DNA from: Camelus dromedarius
Taxonomy: Eukaryota
Length of the DNA stretch: 64,000 bases
NCBI RefSeq assembly: GCF_036321535.1
Contig: NC_087437.1
Location: 70,806,001 to 70,870,000, forward strand
Reading direction: 5' to 3'
A model generated the notes under the pieces. That model had not been told where the DNA came from. It worked only from the letters and a program-made list of their open reading frames with translations, and did no database searches. Each line of letters begins with the position of its first letter. Position 1 is the stretch's first letter. This document shows positions 1 through 13,689 of this stretch, one piece after another. A program made the translations under genes and the position numbers.

Positions 1-569
1 CCACTTCACACTGCGCACAATTTTACTCTAGTTTTGCCAGCCCAGTGCCTGAGAATTACCAGTGAATCAGTAAGGGAGGGAGGCCACCAGCATTTTTCCT
101 GTGCTTATAGATCTCAAAAATTCTTTCTTAGAAACTTTAACTGACTCTCTGAAGGTCCCATGGGGACAGCTATTATGTAAGAAAATCTCCTTCTGACTCT
201 ATTTTAGCCCACCTAATAAAATCTGATGGAGGCACATGGATTGCTTCAGGGAACATAGTTTCAGGGTTAAAAAAGACCTAGAATTAAATTTTATATCTTG
301 CTCCCAAAGAAGGGCTGTCTCTGAGAGTATATGGAAAGGCCTGTTTTGGCTGTGAATTAAAGAACCATTTTATGAAGATGGTTCAGATCAAAGATTTGAA
401 GAGAACATTACTTTAACCAGAGGCTTGGATTATGTCTTCTTGAGTGATGGTGTGGACCCCCTTCCTCCAGCCTGATAAAGAGACGCACTACTGAGAAACC
501 TTTGGTGTCCCTGCAATGGGTTGTCCGTGATAGCAACACTCACCTGCACCATAGCTCACCTTGCTGACC

Positions 570-720
570 TCTACCTCACTGCAAGGTAGGCATTATTATC
601 CCCAACTTACAAATAAGAAAAAAGTTTAAAATGACCTAGTGGCTTGCACATAGTGTGCAGCTAGTAAGTGACTTTGGTAAACAGCCTGATCTCTCTGATG
701 CCAAAACAAGTGCTCTCGGT
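570..720 (-). mobile_element. MIR SINE fragment
   Basis: AGGTAGGCATTATTATCCCCAACTTACAAATAAG...CAGCTAGTAAGTG matches the reverse complement of the MIR core. Confidence 0.75.
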
Positions 721-1654
721 CCCCGCTCTGCTACCTTCTAACTGAACAACACAGCAACACGCGAAAGCATTTTGCAAGCTATAAAGTGATACACAAATGG
801 TAGTTTATGTGGGAAACAGAGTCCTGAGAAGGACAACATTCAGATTACCCTGAAAAGAGAATAAATGGCTTTTATTCTGAATACTTTAAAGATACTTGCA
901 GCCCCTTCAGTTATGTACAGAAGGCCTTCTGTTGTTCTTCTGTGGCAGCCAGAAGCATCCAGTTCGTATTCCTTTGTGACTAGCCTGGCCAGGAGCATAA
1001 ATATCCAAAGGGGGTTTTCCCTCCTTCATATACAGGGATGCTCATGGATAAAGCCACCCAAGGAGAAAGAAGAGATGTGAGCAGAATTCTTGTATTTTAA
1101 AGTGTGTATCAACTTTATGATCTATTTCATTTAGTTTTCTGACAAGGTTTCTTCATGGTAGCTGCATGAAATAGGTAGTCATTCCTCTAAATACATTGAT
1201 AGACTAAAAGTAGCTCCTAGAGATACTATCTTCCATGGTCTAGACGCTAAGTAAATACAGACTGAATGAGGGAGTTTTCAAACTAGCTGGGAGATACCCT
1301 ACACATTTGAAAATCCAGTTTTTAAGAGCACTGTATGTAATTTTATTGGTGCTAGGTAATATATCTTTTTTATAAAATAGATTTCTTCCCCCAAATCACT
1401 GTGGGGTTTTTTTTAATTGATTTGTTTTCCTTATTTTAAAGTTGGCTCTAGTTGGCAATTCTCAGCGTTTTAGCAAAAGGATAATTTGTAACCAAACACT
1501 TAAATGATATAAATAAACTATTATTTCAAAATGCTTTAATGAAATGAAACATAAGTGATCACTGTTCTGAACTTCATTTACCTCATAACCAAAGCCACTG
1601 AGCTTAGCTATGACTAATCTTCCCTGAATGGTAATAGGAGATGGGGTTTTGTGC

Positions 1655-1746
1655 TGAGAGAACAGAACCCTGGACCCTTTTGTTCACTGCCTTGTGTCAA
1701 ACATAGTAGGTGCTCAATAAATAGTTGCTGAATGAATTAATGAATT
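1655..1746 (+). mobile_element. L2 LINE 3' end
   Basis: TTGTTCACTG...ACATAGTAGGTGCTCAATAAATAGTTGCTGAATGAATTAATGAA is the typical L2 terminus. Confidence 0.8.
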
Positions 1747-3439
1747 ACCTCTAATTTGTCATTTAGTTCTGTGAGGTTTCCTGGAGTAAGGAGGGAGTGT
1801 TTAAGATAACAATATTTACCTGTTTCCTGAGATTTTTTTCACGCTTACTCTTAAAGGTAAATTTTGTATGAAAATCTTTAAAAAAAAGGACTTCAAGAGT
1901 TTTTGAGTTGAGCTATCATAAAAAAAAGAAGTCTTTCCTCTCTCAGAAAGTAGCCATTGCTTTCATTTTTGTCTTTATGACCACTGAAACCTTAGCTTTC
2001 TTCTTGGTCTTAAAAATGTGAACTGTATTATTGTAAATACATGCTGATGTTGTTAAAAAAAAGTTTGGAGAATATAAGTCTTTGGGTGTAGCTAACCAGG
2101 GTCCTTGACTTATTCTGAAAACAGGCCATTTTCTAATAGAATATGTATTAGCTAAAGGTTTTATAGTCAATTAATTAATTGTTAAGAAGATGAAGTGCTA
2201 AGAAGATAGGCAATGTGTTCCACATCACAGGAAGTTAGAGGTGATACGTGATGCTGAGGCCACTGATCCAACTGCTCCTCTCTGTTTGAAAACTCACCTA
2301 TACCATGGATTTAATACAGGGAGAGCCAAAAGGACTCAGAAATTATTGGTTATTTATGTTTTTCTAGGTATTACATGTGTGGGGGACTTTTTGGTTTTAG
2401 TAATCATCAATTATGATTCATGAGTTGGGTATAAATCTCTTCACCATTCATTTAAACCCCTTTATTGCATTGTGGTACACCCAGGAGCAAATCCTGGCTG
2501 TGAACGTGCCAGGAACTGTGCAATAAAGCATCAGTCTATTGAATAAAACTATTGAAGAATCGGTATTTACACCTTTGGGAAGGAATTTGGCCATGTTATT
2601 CTGAGTGGGTCTGATTCACCTGAACTTTGCCTGTGTACCTAACTGCCAGAGGAGAAAAACCAAGTAGGTGGAACACATGTATCTTTTGTATACCAGTCTG
2701 CTAGACCTCAAACAAGATTACTGTTGACAGGGGAAAACAAATTTCCTTTTCATTCCACAAGGTAACTTAGCTGCTTTCAGATGCAAAAGCTCTTCCTCCC
2801 AACCACCATTCTCCTTCCCTCCCCCCAGCCCCTTTCATTCCTGTCTGGAATGGATTCCTCCCAAATGAGGATAATCCTGCCTTAGGTGTTTACTCACTTG
2901 GTTACCTTCCTGGGCTCTGCACCATCCACAACAGGCTTTGCTGCTTTTATTTATTCCTGCCAGAGTGCACTTAGGAGTTTTTATGATTGTTTTGGTTGAG
3001 GTGGCACTTTAGCTTTAAGCCCTTATATTTATGATTTATAACTTTCTCTCTAAATTGCATGTTGGACTAGAATTTCCCCAGCACATTCTCTATTTAGACA
3101 CAAATGTTTCATAAAATTTGAAGAAAATAATTGAGCATGGTAGCCCAGTATCCAAGAATTCATTTCACTCATCTTCCTTTAGAATTAGCTGACATACCGT
3201 ATGCATCGTGTATTGAACACATCTGGATGCTCAGTAATAAGCCACAGACACATACCTAACATAACGAAACTACTATGAAAAAATATATGTAACATCTCTA
3301 TGTACCTTTCAATAAAATAATTTTAAATTATTTTTTGTGTTTCAGAAATACATGTGGACAACCAAATAATGGTTAAATTATGGTTATTCATTCTCTAATG
3401 GGAATAGTTGAGATGGTGCTGTAAATGCCAAGAGAGCTT

Positions 3440-3615
3440 TGCAATGCTTGCAGTACATATATCACTTCATTTAGTAACCGTAACCCTACAAATGGGCATA
3501 GTTATTCTGACAGTAATCTCAGAGGGGTTGTAATTTGCCCAAAGCCACTTTGGCTAGTAAGTAGCATTGAAAGGATTTGAATCCCTACCTGTCCATCTGT
3601 AGAGGCCTTGCTTGT
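3440..3615 (-). mobile_element. MIR SINE fragment
   Basis: AATTTGCCCAAAGCCAC...GCTAGTAAGTAGCA...GGATTTGAATCC, reverse MIR core. Confidence 0.7.
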
Positions 3616-5331
3616 TCTATTAGATATGCCCATAAGTCTGAATATTCTGAGTTTCTTAAGTAGCAGTTTTGCATGAATACCTTTTGTCATATATTGGAAG
3701 AGCAGACCCATATGTACTACCCCAGCCCACAGGTGGTTTTGTTTTTGTTTTTCCGTTAATTCTCTTTTCTTCTCCAAGGGATGGCTAGAAGTGAAAGTTA
3801 AAGGATTTATAGGGAAATGGACAAATTCCTAAACAGAAATTCGGTAATCACTCAAATGGGGCATTGTAATTTAAAATGAATTACACTTTTCCAGTCCTGT
3901 TGATAATATAAAACCTCTAAGTAGACACCTACAGGTTGCGTTCCAATCTATTGTACTTTATAGTCTGTCCTAGGAATTCTGGAACAGACATATTTAAATG
4001 AAACATATACTGTAGAAAATCACATTAGGAATGTTGTAGAACTGACAGACAGTGGCACTAGAAATTTTAAATTTCATGACTTCTGTGCAATTAGAAGCTC
4101 AACCTTAACATTGCATTAACTTAGCTTTTTTGCATTTAATTATAGATATTGGGTTGAAGCTATGGAAGTTAATATTTTAAGCCTCCATTAATGGTTATAA
4201 TCGATTTTTTTGTATTCTTTTTTTGCTATAATAATCAAAAGAGCACTTAACCTGGACAGGAATAAATCTGGGATTCTAGAGATTAATATTAAATCTGCTA
4301 ATGTATTGTCCTACCGTTCCCTGGATGCCTAGGTTATCAGATGCTATATGCAAGAGCTTACAGGTGACAAGAGTCTCTGGAAAATGGCCTAAGCTTCAGT
4401 ATTTCTCTTGAACTGTCATAGTAGCATTGTTTTTTAGTTTCACAGTGGGATATATTTTAAGCAAATGGAGGACGGGAATTCAAAGATGAAAGGAATTGAC
4501 ATAAAAACGAAAGGAATTGCTTAATTTGTAAATGTAACCCTGTGTCATGATTCTTCATTAGAGATATTTGCTCTACTGATTCAGTACCAAGCACAGGGGG
4601 CAAATGGGACAGAAAGGGCACTAACTATACTGAAGATGGCACTAGAAATTTGGAGGGCTCTTAATAATTAGGTACTTAAGCTCACCTAGAGAAGTGATTA
4701 GTGTTCAGAAGTGGAGACATGGCTGCAGGAACACAGACAAATTAGAAGGGAACAAAATGTCCAGTTTGCCACAGTTCTTTTAAGCAATTGTCGCCTGCAC
4801 ACGGGATATGGAAATATTGTTCATGCTGCTCCCACAGCCCCCACAATCTGCCTGGTCCCAGGGCAGTTGGCTGTGGTGGTAGAGATGTAGCCTGAGATCC
4901 CTGGGGTGTTTTGTTTCCTATCTCTGCCACTGAGTCACCAGATACTCTCAAATAAACCATATTCACTCTCCTGATTTTTCCATTCTCCTACTTGTGACAT
5001 CAATGAAATGCCTTCCTCTCAGATGATACTAACACTTATAACATTTTCTTAAAAATCCTGGGTTGAAAACAGTTTACAACTAAGAGAAGATGAACACTTA
5101 CAGTGCAGTCACTCACAGGCTAACACATGGTATGATCTCACCAGGGGCTAGAGACAGAGACACGGATGAAACATTGTCCTCGAGTAGTTCACAGTCTAGT
5201 GAGGACAGGAAGGGTGGGGACAACCTAGTGAAGAGATCAAATAGAATATGACAAGAGTATTGGTGCAGTGCAGAGCAGGGCATGATGCTTGGATTTTTGA
5301 AAAGCAACAATAAGTTTGCCATGGCAAGTAA

Positions 5332-5336
<5 letters not shown>

Positions 5337-5393
<57 letters not shown>
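5337..5393. repeat. (AAT)19 microsatellite
   Basis: Perfect trinucleotide run read directly; it explains the poly-Ile ORF 5196..5450. Confidence 0.98.
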
Positions 5394-5394
<1 letters not shown>

Positions 5395-5610
5395 TGATGT
5401 AGTGGAAAGGACCCTGGAATAGGAGTTTGTTCTGGCCTTGCTGCTAACATGTGTGACCAGAGTAATACTCTGTCCCTATGTTTCTTTATCTATAAAATGG
5501 TGTAATATCTGATTGCTTATGCCGCAACATATATTGAGCATCAAATAAGAACTATGTATATGGCAGCCTTTTGAAAACTTTACAGTGCTCTGCAGATATC
5601 TAGCATTATA
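5394..5610 (+). mobile_element. MIR (MIRc/MIR3-like) SINE
   Basis: GTGATGTAGTGGAAAG...TGTGTGACC...TTTCTTTATCTATAAAATGG...GAAAACTTTACAGTGCT. Confidence 0.65.
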
Positions 5611-7284
5611 ACTATTATATCACCCAAAGTGGTGGAGAATCAGCATAATTAAATGGTTGGTTCAGATGAAAATTCATTTCACCAAAAATGCCAAATAATT
5701 GAGACAGACGTAAACCTTGGTACTTAAGTTGTATGAATAAGGCCTCAGACTGAAATGTTGCTATATGGAATTGATATGTTCTGGCTACAAGCTAGCAATA
5801 TAATTGTGATTTTCCAAAATTATAATCTTCTAAAGCTAGGAGAGAGAAACTTAAAATTGGAAAGAGCATGGACACTTATACATTAAAAATGACAGGATGA
5901 AAAAGAAGAAGGATTGTGCTTTTTTCCAAATGTCAAAATTTAAAATGCTAATAAAATCCAATAAACAGGATATTTGCCATGGCTACAGCAACTAACAAAG
6001 GTTAGCGTGGACAAGGACCGGAAACCACTGAAGGTACTGAGGGACAGCGATCAGTGAGAATGCCAACCCTGGATGAGTCTTCATCTCACTGGCATGTGCT
6101 TCGTTCATAGGCTGAACCCAACTGTAATCATTATTTATAAAGAGTTTTTTAATGCACGTATTATTTCATTACTGTGCTTTTTATTTTTTCGTAGCAGAAG
6201 TTACTTTTCACTCAGAATGAGAAAGCTGCTCTTATGTGATTTAACTCCAACAGTTTGAATAAGATGACAGAATGCTCAGACACAAACAGGACCTGTCTCT
6301 ACACATCTTAGACAGAGAGAGGAATATTCAAACATGTGTATCTTGCACTTAATTTAAACTGCGTGGTTGGTTACCTATCTCTTCGGCAATTCAGTATAAA
6401 GCTTTATTACTGTGAAATAGAATAGGGCAGGGATTTATGTCACACAAAAATGAATTTCCATGGATGGGAACACACATGAAATAATTTAGGTAAGCAGTAT
6501 GTCAAATGAAAATTTAAGATGTTAGAGCTGGTGGTGCAAAGGGAGGAAGCAAAGAGGAGGCTTGTGTAATAGATGATAAATATATCACCAGGGAAAGAAA
6601 AAGGACCACAGTTGCTATAGGAAGTTATTACTAATGTTGAAGAATTGTAGAACACATTGAAGGATGAATTTTAAGACCAAGAAATCAAAGCAACTGATTA
6701 GTTGAGGGGGAAGTCTCATTTGAATGTCAATGGAAAATAAAACACTTAAAATAAATGCAAGCCCTTACGGTTATACCCAGGAAGGAATGAAAACCACAGG
6801 CCTAGAGTTTCTATAGGTTTAGACATTAGGGACTTTTTTTTAAACTTTTCTTTTGCAGAGGTTATAGAAGGAACAGCAGTGAGCAAAGCTCCTGTTATCT
6901 CTGCAAAAATCCTTTCTTTTCCATTGATTCAATTTTGTTTCAAAGCAGGCCCAATTGAAGGAATAGAATGTGAGAATGTTCACTCTGAGACCAGCTCTGG
7001 TGGTTCTTTGCTGGTTTATAGGGTAACTCGGGTATGATGGAAGGGTATGGAAATCTTCTTTCTATTATTCCTGCCTTTCTTACATGTTTGTGTGAAGAAA
7101 GTCATAGTAGTGGGTCTCTGAGTTAAAAGAAGTCCTGTTTTTAATCTGCCTCTCTCTAGTCCTCAAACTTAGGCTAAAAATCTCTAAAAGACTGTAAAAA
7201 TGCTACAAGGTTTAACTATTTAATTAGCTTTCACTAATTTAGATAAGGTACAGAGAAGAGTGAGGAGAATTTAGTGTGCCTAAC

Positions 7285-7760
7285 TTGGTGCCATCCACCA
7301 AGAGATGGAACCCAGGAGGAGGAAGAAGAGGTTTGCCAAGAAAGGGCAGATAATGCTTTTGTTTTGGGACTTGTGCTTAAGGTTGCTGCAAGATGTTTAG
7401 ATCGTCTTAAAATGTCCAGAAGACCATAGACAGTGTGAGTCTGAAGCTCCAGAGAAAGTGCTGGGCTGGAAATATCTGGAGTTATTTGCAAGGAAGCGGT
7501 AGGTGAAACCATGAGACTGGATGAGATGACTCAAGGGCAAGTTGTGAGGGGAAAATCCAGAGCAGAATACTAGGAAATTCTAGTGGACAAGAAAGAGAGC
7601 CAAAGAAAAGAAGAGGGAGGACAGTCAGAGACAGAGAATGAGAAAATCCAGCCAGTATTGAGGAAACCAAGGGTGAAGTGTCTCAAGGAGGGGCTGTGGT
7701 GAGATCAACTAAAAATAAAACAGAAAATGTCCAAGGAATTTGGCTCAAAAGAAGTCAGTC
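7285..7760 (-). mobile_element. L2 LINE internal fragment
   Basis: Purine-rich reverse L2 signature: TCTGAAGCTCCAGAGAAAGTGCTGGGCTGGAAATAT...GAAACCATGAGACTGGATGAGATGACTCAAGG. Confidence 0.75.
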
Positions 7761-8340
7761 CTAACACTAAGAATAAGGTACCAAAAGTGCAGTGATCTAC
7801 TTGAGATAATATAGTTATAATTTCCTAAGTGGTGGGGCTAGAAGAACCCCCATGTAACTCAAGACATTTTTTAATCCCTTAGTTCTCATATTTCTCAGTT
7901 TATCTATTCATCTATCTCCCTCTTTGGTAGTGCTTTAATCTTTCAAACCATTTAAGTTGCATTTTATTATGAGAGCTTGGTTATTAGGAAGGCAGTACAC
8001 AAAATATATTAAAAGGCTATGGTTGTCACAATAATACTTTGACTCTGAAAAAAACTCATCACCCCACCTTCCACCTAAACAGGACAACAAAAAAAACTAG
8101 GTTTTGGGGTTTTTTAATCAAAACTTCTTTTACCACCTCGTGTAATTCCCAAACTAGCCATGTTCTATTAATCATTTACTCAACTATCTAGAGTTCTATG
8201 GAGGATGAGAAAATGAATAAAACACATACTGTCCTCCAAGATCTTACAGATCAGTGAAGAATTCATTACAAGGTGAAAACATGATCAAAGAGATGTAAAT
8301 AAAATGTCTTGGAAAGAGAGCCAATCTCTGGTTTAGAAGG

Positions 8341-8725
8341 TGTCTTAGCTAAGGTAATATTAGTTTCTATAATACATAAAACTCCAAATCTCAGTGGCTT
8401 GATATGAAAGTTTATCTTTTGCTCATGTAAAGACTAGTCAGGGATCCAGGGTGGCCACAGCTCTGTCATCTTCAGCACAGAGCTTCTGAGGTCACCATGG
8501 ATATGACATCCAGCCAGAGGACTGGTGAAGGGAGACAGCAATAATTGCAAAGGAATTTGGGGGGGTTAGCCCTAGAGCAGTACATGTCCCTTCTGTCGAC
8601 CTCCCACTGGCCAGAATTTGGCCACAAGGATGTAGCTGCCTGCAGGGAGGGCTGGTAAATGGAGTTTGGCTTTGTGTCCAAGAGGAAAAGTGAAGAGTTT
8701 TTGGAATAATTAGCTAGTGACCGCC
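8341..8725 (-). mobile_element. ERVL-MaLR solo LTR (MLT1J/K/L-like)
   Basis: Begins TGTCTTAGCTAAGG...CCAAATCTCAGTGGCTT; internal CCCACTGGCCAGAATTTGGCCACAAGG...GGAGGGCTGGTAAAT typical of old MLT1 LTRs. Confidence 0.75.
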
Positions 8726-10605
8726 TAGGGGTCAGGGAGGGCCTCTGAGGTAGGATATTGACTTATAGACAATGGGGGAGCCTGAGGAAAGGTCATGCAG
8801 AATGGGAAAAGGAGAAGTTGAAAGTATAATCAATTCTGGCTTCCCTGCCATGAGTCGGATCCACAGTGATAGTTGAGACATGTTAGCTTTCAGTACAGGC
8901 TCCTTAACAACATGATTCTCCTGAGAAAATTAGTCTATTTTTGAGAAGAAAAAATCTGCAATACATACTAATTTACTTCACTGGGTATGGAACATTAAGG
9001 CAGAGAAGGATCACGGACTTTCTCCTTAAGACCTCATTTCGGAGGTGAGGAGGAGGAGCCCAGGGACGCCACGCCCTCTGAACCTCACTCAGTGCGGTGC
9101 TGTCATGGCCAGGTCGGACCCCAGGTCCCGGCTTCTGTGAGGGAGGCAGGGGGAGCAGAGGGGGTTAAATTCCATTCACCACAATTATGTGGAAGTAACC
9201 ATGGCACTCCATCAAAAATTGTTTCTGTCATCATATTTTAAGTTCTGCTGCTAAACTAAAGGAAGTCAGCTAATGCTGTTGTAAAATTTCTTCTATGGTA
9301 ATCAGTATAGTCCATATTTATTCCTTATGAAAAAGAAAAAGCCTTGTTTCTTATTCTGAAGACCAGTGTATATGACCTCTTCTTCTCATGTCTCATGTAA
9401 ACATTTAACCATCCAAATATACAGAGCAAAGGTAGATGAAATCAACATGTTTACTGTTATTCTCTTACCGAAATTTTAAAGGAGGGAACAGAAGGTGAAT
9501 GATAAGTGAGTTGTATGGCTTCAATTGAGTTTATTTTGCTTTCATTGTTACAAAATTTTAATTGGCATGGATTCTTAAATGTATATCAAAAGCATGTCAC
9601 AGCTTTTTTACAAAAATAAATTTGATTTTAGAACATACTTTCTCAAGTGAGAATGATAACTTATCTTAGAACTTGTGAGTCTTTACTTTTAAAAATCATA
9701 AGGTCAGTTCTTTGACTAAAAGATAAAGAAAAGTACTCAATGTCCATGCTATCAAATCACTTATATCAGGATAATCCAGTAAGCAAAAGAAAAAAGAAAA
9801 AAAAATCATAAAGGGAGAACTATAATCTATCTTCAGAATAATTGGCCTAAGAATGACTTATTTTATAGTCTCATAAGATCCACTTCTAGAAGTCTTCCAT
9901 CTCAGTGCAAGAAAATGGGAATGACACTGGGTACAACAAAGAATTTGTTCTAAATTTCCTCATGTCATTTTCAATCATGGGACTTAATTATTTTTTTCTA
10001 TTAAATAATAGGTCTTTTATATGCAAACATTCTCTTCTCTAAAATAATTTACGTGAATATATGGTCAGCCTCTGGTACAGGAAATATAGACAGATAGAGG
10101 TAGACATAGCGATAACATATAGAGATAGAGATATAAAACACTACATTGGAATTACTGGTAAATGTGTATTGCTAAGTGGTACAGAGTACAGCTATGCATA
10201 CCCCAGCCTGTTTGACAGTCTTTTCCATGTGTTCTCACAAAAGCAGATTAGACAACTACTTTTTATACCCCTGGGACTGTATTAAGGTATTGTAAAGACC
10301 ACTAGGTAATGAAATACAACTGAAGATTTATGAAAACCAGATCTAGAGTGTCTGTTAATAGAAGTCTGAAGGTCTAGCTGTATCTGGATGTGGGAGTGTT
10401 TGGTGACAATGCTCTACAAAGCTAGACCTCAAAGGGCTTCCTTCTCACTGCAGCTCTGCCAAGTAGTGTGGGTATTATCTTATCCACCCAATGTTTTGGC
10501 GAATAACAGAGGTTTATTGATAAACCAAGGCTGGATTTACTGCCAGAAGTATTCTACCTCCCTTTTAAGAATTGCCCTCCTGTGAGGCTCCAGTCCGATT
10601 TTTGG

Positions 10606-10626
10606 ACCTGCCATCTAGTGGCCACT
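10606..10626 (-). promoter_or_regulatory. CTCF binding motif (candidate insulator/loop anchor)
   Basis: Minus strand reads GTGGCCACTAGATGGCAGG, a full match to the core CCASYAGRKGGCRS, in non-repeat sequence. Confidence 0.7.
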
Positions 10627-10850
10627 GCAGTAACAAGGCAATGGTAATATTTTCATCTTCATTTGAAAACTGAAGTTTAAATGTGGCTCATCTGTGGATA
10701 AATATGGAGGCACTGCCCCTATTCCCTGTCCCCTCCTCCTCCATTAGACATACTGCCGTTTTCATAGGGCAGCTTCAATCAGAACACTTGTCACGTTCAC
10801 AGGAAAAGCAGATTTTCTCATACAAAATGATACCCTTCCCACCTGGAATT

Positions 10851-10893
10851 AAAAAAAAAAGAAGAAGAAGAAGAAGAAAAAGAAAGAAAGAAA
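10851..10893. repeat. A-rich/(AAG)n simple repeat
   Basis: A10 followed by GAA and GAAA units; source of the KKKRRRRRRKRKK stretch in ORF 10683..11060. Confidence 0.9.
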
Positions 10894-12591
10894 GTCTTCC
10901 ATTATTGAGAAGAGACCTGGAGTGGCTAAGAGAAAGGGAGGGGAGAAGGGGAACTGGAGAGCAGGCATATATTCTGTCAAGTAGTTCTACTTGTGAGACT
11001 AATTCTTACAAACTGTGCACCCAGCAGAGTAAACCTCTTATTTTGCCGCTTTTGCTCTGATCCCCCACATAGCTGTAATGTTCTAGTTGTTTTTCCCTGT
11101 CCTAAAAATCACACAGGCATTTGATATGATACAAAATGTTGGCAAAGGAACAATTTACAAATGACTTAAGTAGGTAATTATTTATTAGAATTTAGGTTGA
11201 TAGAAGTCTGTGTTACTGTAGCAAAACCTGGTAAGAGGTTAGTTTTGTTTCAGTGTTTCTATTATAATCCCTGGTTATTAGTTTTCCTTTTTTCAGGGAC
11301 TTCTGAGTGGAATGTAAAAAAGCACAATGGGCTATTATTATTTACTATTTGTCAAAGAAGCAGTGATGTACAGAGCAAAGGCCAGTTTGTGAACTATGTC
11401 AGACAGCCCCCAGCCCCGAAGACCTCACAATACAACTTGTAAGCAGGTCCTGAAAAATGCAAGACAGAATGAAAGCAGATGGATGAATGATACTTATTCA
11501 ATACCTTAAATATAGAACTCAGTGGTGCAGGTGCATCTTCAGATGTTATTTGAAAGAAGAGACAGAATATCTTGGCATTGTGTCACTTATTCATAAATAT
11601 TATAAATTTTATATTATTTGAGAAACGATTCTAAATATACAGGGTGGTTTGAAGGAAGGTGTGAAAACTGATCCCTTAAATGAGACAAAGGGCAAATTGA
11701 GTGAGAAGCAGGGACTGAACACAGTTAGAGAAAGTAGAGAAGAACCAGGCCAAGGATGGAGCCAAGGAAAAATAAATCCCTAGGGGATACGTGAAGTTTG
11801 ATTTTTAAAAAAGAACTGCAAGAATTTTTTAAGGAAAGAATCAAATCAACCAAGAAGAAAGATGATCTTGGCAGCTATGTCCTGAATATACTAAATTTGC
11901 CAAGAAACACCTGGAACAATAATGGCAAAGACAATGATTTCATTACGGAAAGTGCAATGCAAGGGTGTAGAACTCTGGGTGGTAGACAGAGGGCATGGTC
12001 CTGAAGACAGTGTTGATACAGTAGGAAGAATGGTGGTAAGATGTAGCGAAAAGTAGAATGAAAGGTGAGAAAGACGGTCAAGTTTGTCAAATTGTTGAGG
12101 AAGACAGAAGTCAATGAACCCATCCAATGAAGTTGTGGTATTTTTTGGAACAACCATTATCTGTCCTCGATTATGTCAATTATTATGGAGTACACCATAG
12201 ATGTAAGTCAGGATCCCAGAGCCAGAAAAAAACCTATGTTCAAAGTGAAAAGATTAACAGTCCTTAAACAGTTAGAAAATATAAGGCAGCTGATATTATT
12301 AGGCATGGGATTCTTGGGAAGTGAGAAGTCAGCAGGTCTCCGAGTAATCATGGGAAAACCATCCAGGAGATGAGACCCAAGCTGAACCTTGAAGACTTGG
12401 TGTGTGGGGGACTGACACTAAAAACGGGAGACAAATATGATGAGATCCCCAGGATGGAAATTAACAGGACATTTGGGGGGAGCAGTAAAATGCCCTTTCT
12501 TGGTGAAATGGATGGTTAGAAACAGGTAGGATAAGTTATGCCAGTGTGTGAAACTGAGAAAATTAGGATTCATCAGCATGTTTCAAGCAGC

Positions 12592-12830
12592 CATTCATTA
12601 ATTCATTCTAGAAATACTTATTGAGAGGAATATTATGTTTCAGGCACAAAATCATCAAGGTTTTTTTCCCTTCTGGAACTTACATCCTAATGAGGGAAAA
12701 CAGAACCTCCCTCCAACAAAAAGAGAACAAATAAATGAACCAGGTAATTTCATAGAGTTACTAGTGCCATAACGAACATTAAACTGAGTTACAGAAAAAA
12801 AGAGTGACTGGCAAGAGTAGTGATGGCCCA
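12592..12830 (-). mobile_element. L2 LINE 3' end
   Basis: CATTCATTAATTCATTCTAGAAATACTTATTGAG...GGAACTTACATCCTAATGAGGG. Confidence 0.7.
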
Positions 12831-13325
12831 AAATGGGGAGAAAGGAGAGTAGATATTTGAAAGTGGAAATTCTTAAGACTTAGAGATAATTTGAAGAGAA
12901 AGGACAAAGGGAAGTCGCAGGTGATTTATACCTAGTTAGTTTCAAAAGTTAAAAGTTTGCCAATGCCAGTCACAGAAGCTGAGAAGATGGGGAGAGAGAG
13001 AGGGACAGGGGGAAGCTGGGGAGGGAGTAGGGACAGTTCACTGTCCCCATACCCCTTCTCAGTGCAGTGATCAACGAAACCTCTGGTTGGCACCCCCAAT
13101 TTCTTGAAGATATTAGCCACTGGCTCACTAACACTCTTCACTTCTACCTCATCATTATTCTAGGACATTTCAGTGTCTAAATGTATCTTCCTTCCAATAC
13201 CTTGTTTCTCAATTACCTGATTCTCTCATGATCTGTCCTTCTTACTACCATAGCTACCCAGTCCCGCCGGTTATACTTTTTTGTTTGTTTTTGTTGTTGT
13301 TTTATTTTCTTTTGTTTTAATTACA

Positions 13326-13326
<1 letters not shown>

Positions 13327-13380
<54 letters not shown>
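13327..13380. repeat. (TG)4(TA)23 microsatellite
   Basis: Read directly; lies in the L1 tail region. Confidence 0.98.
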
Positions 13381-13385
<5 letters not shown>

Positions 13386-13689
13386 TTATTGAAGTATAGT
13401 CAGTTTACAGTGTTGTGTCAATTTCTGGTGTACAGCACAATGCTTCAGTTATATATGAGCATACATATATTCATTTTCATACTCTTTTTCACAATAAATT
13501 ACTACTAGATATCAAATATAGTCCTCTGTGCTATACAGCATGAACTTGTTGTTTATCTATTCTATATATATCAGTTAGTATCTGCAAATCTCTAACTCTC
13601 AATTTATCCCCTCCCCCCTCCTCCCTCCTAGTAACCACAAGTTTGTTCTCTATGTCTGAGAGACTGTTTTCTGTTTTGCAAATAAGTTT

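Noticed and set aside
4749..4763. GRE/ARE-like GGAACAaaaTGTCCA
   Set aside because: An isolated imperfect match, expected by chance in 64 kb.
5196..5450. Poly-isoleucine ORF
   Set aside because: Translation of the (AAT)19 microsatellite.
10683..11060. ORF with an NLS-like KKKRRRRRRKRKK stretch
   Set aside because: The basic stretch is the translation of an A/(AAG)n simple repeat.
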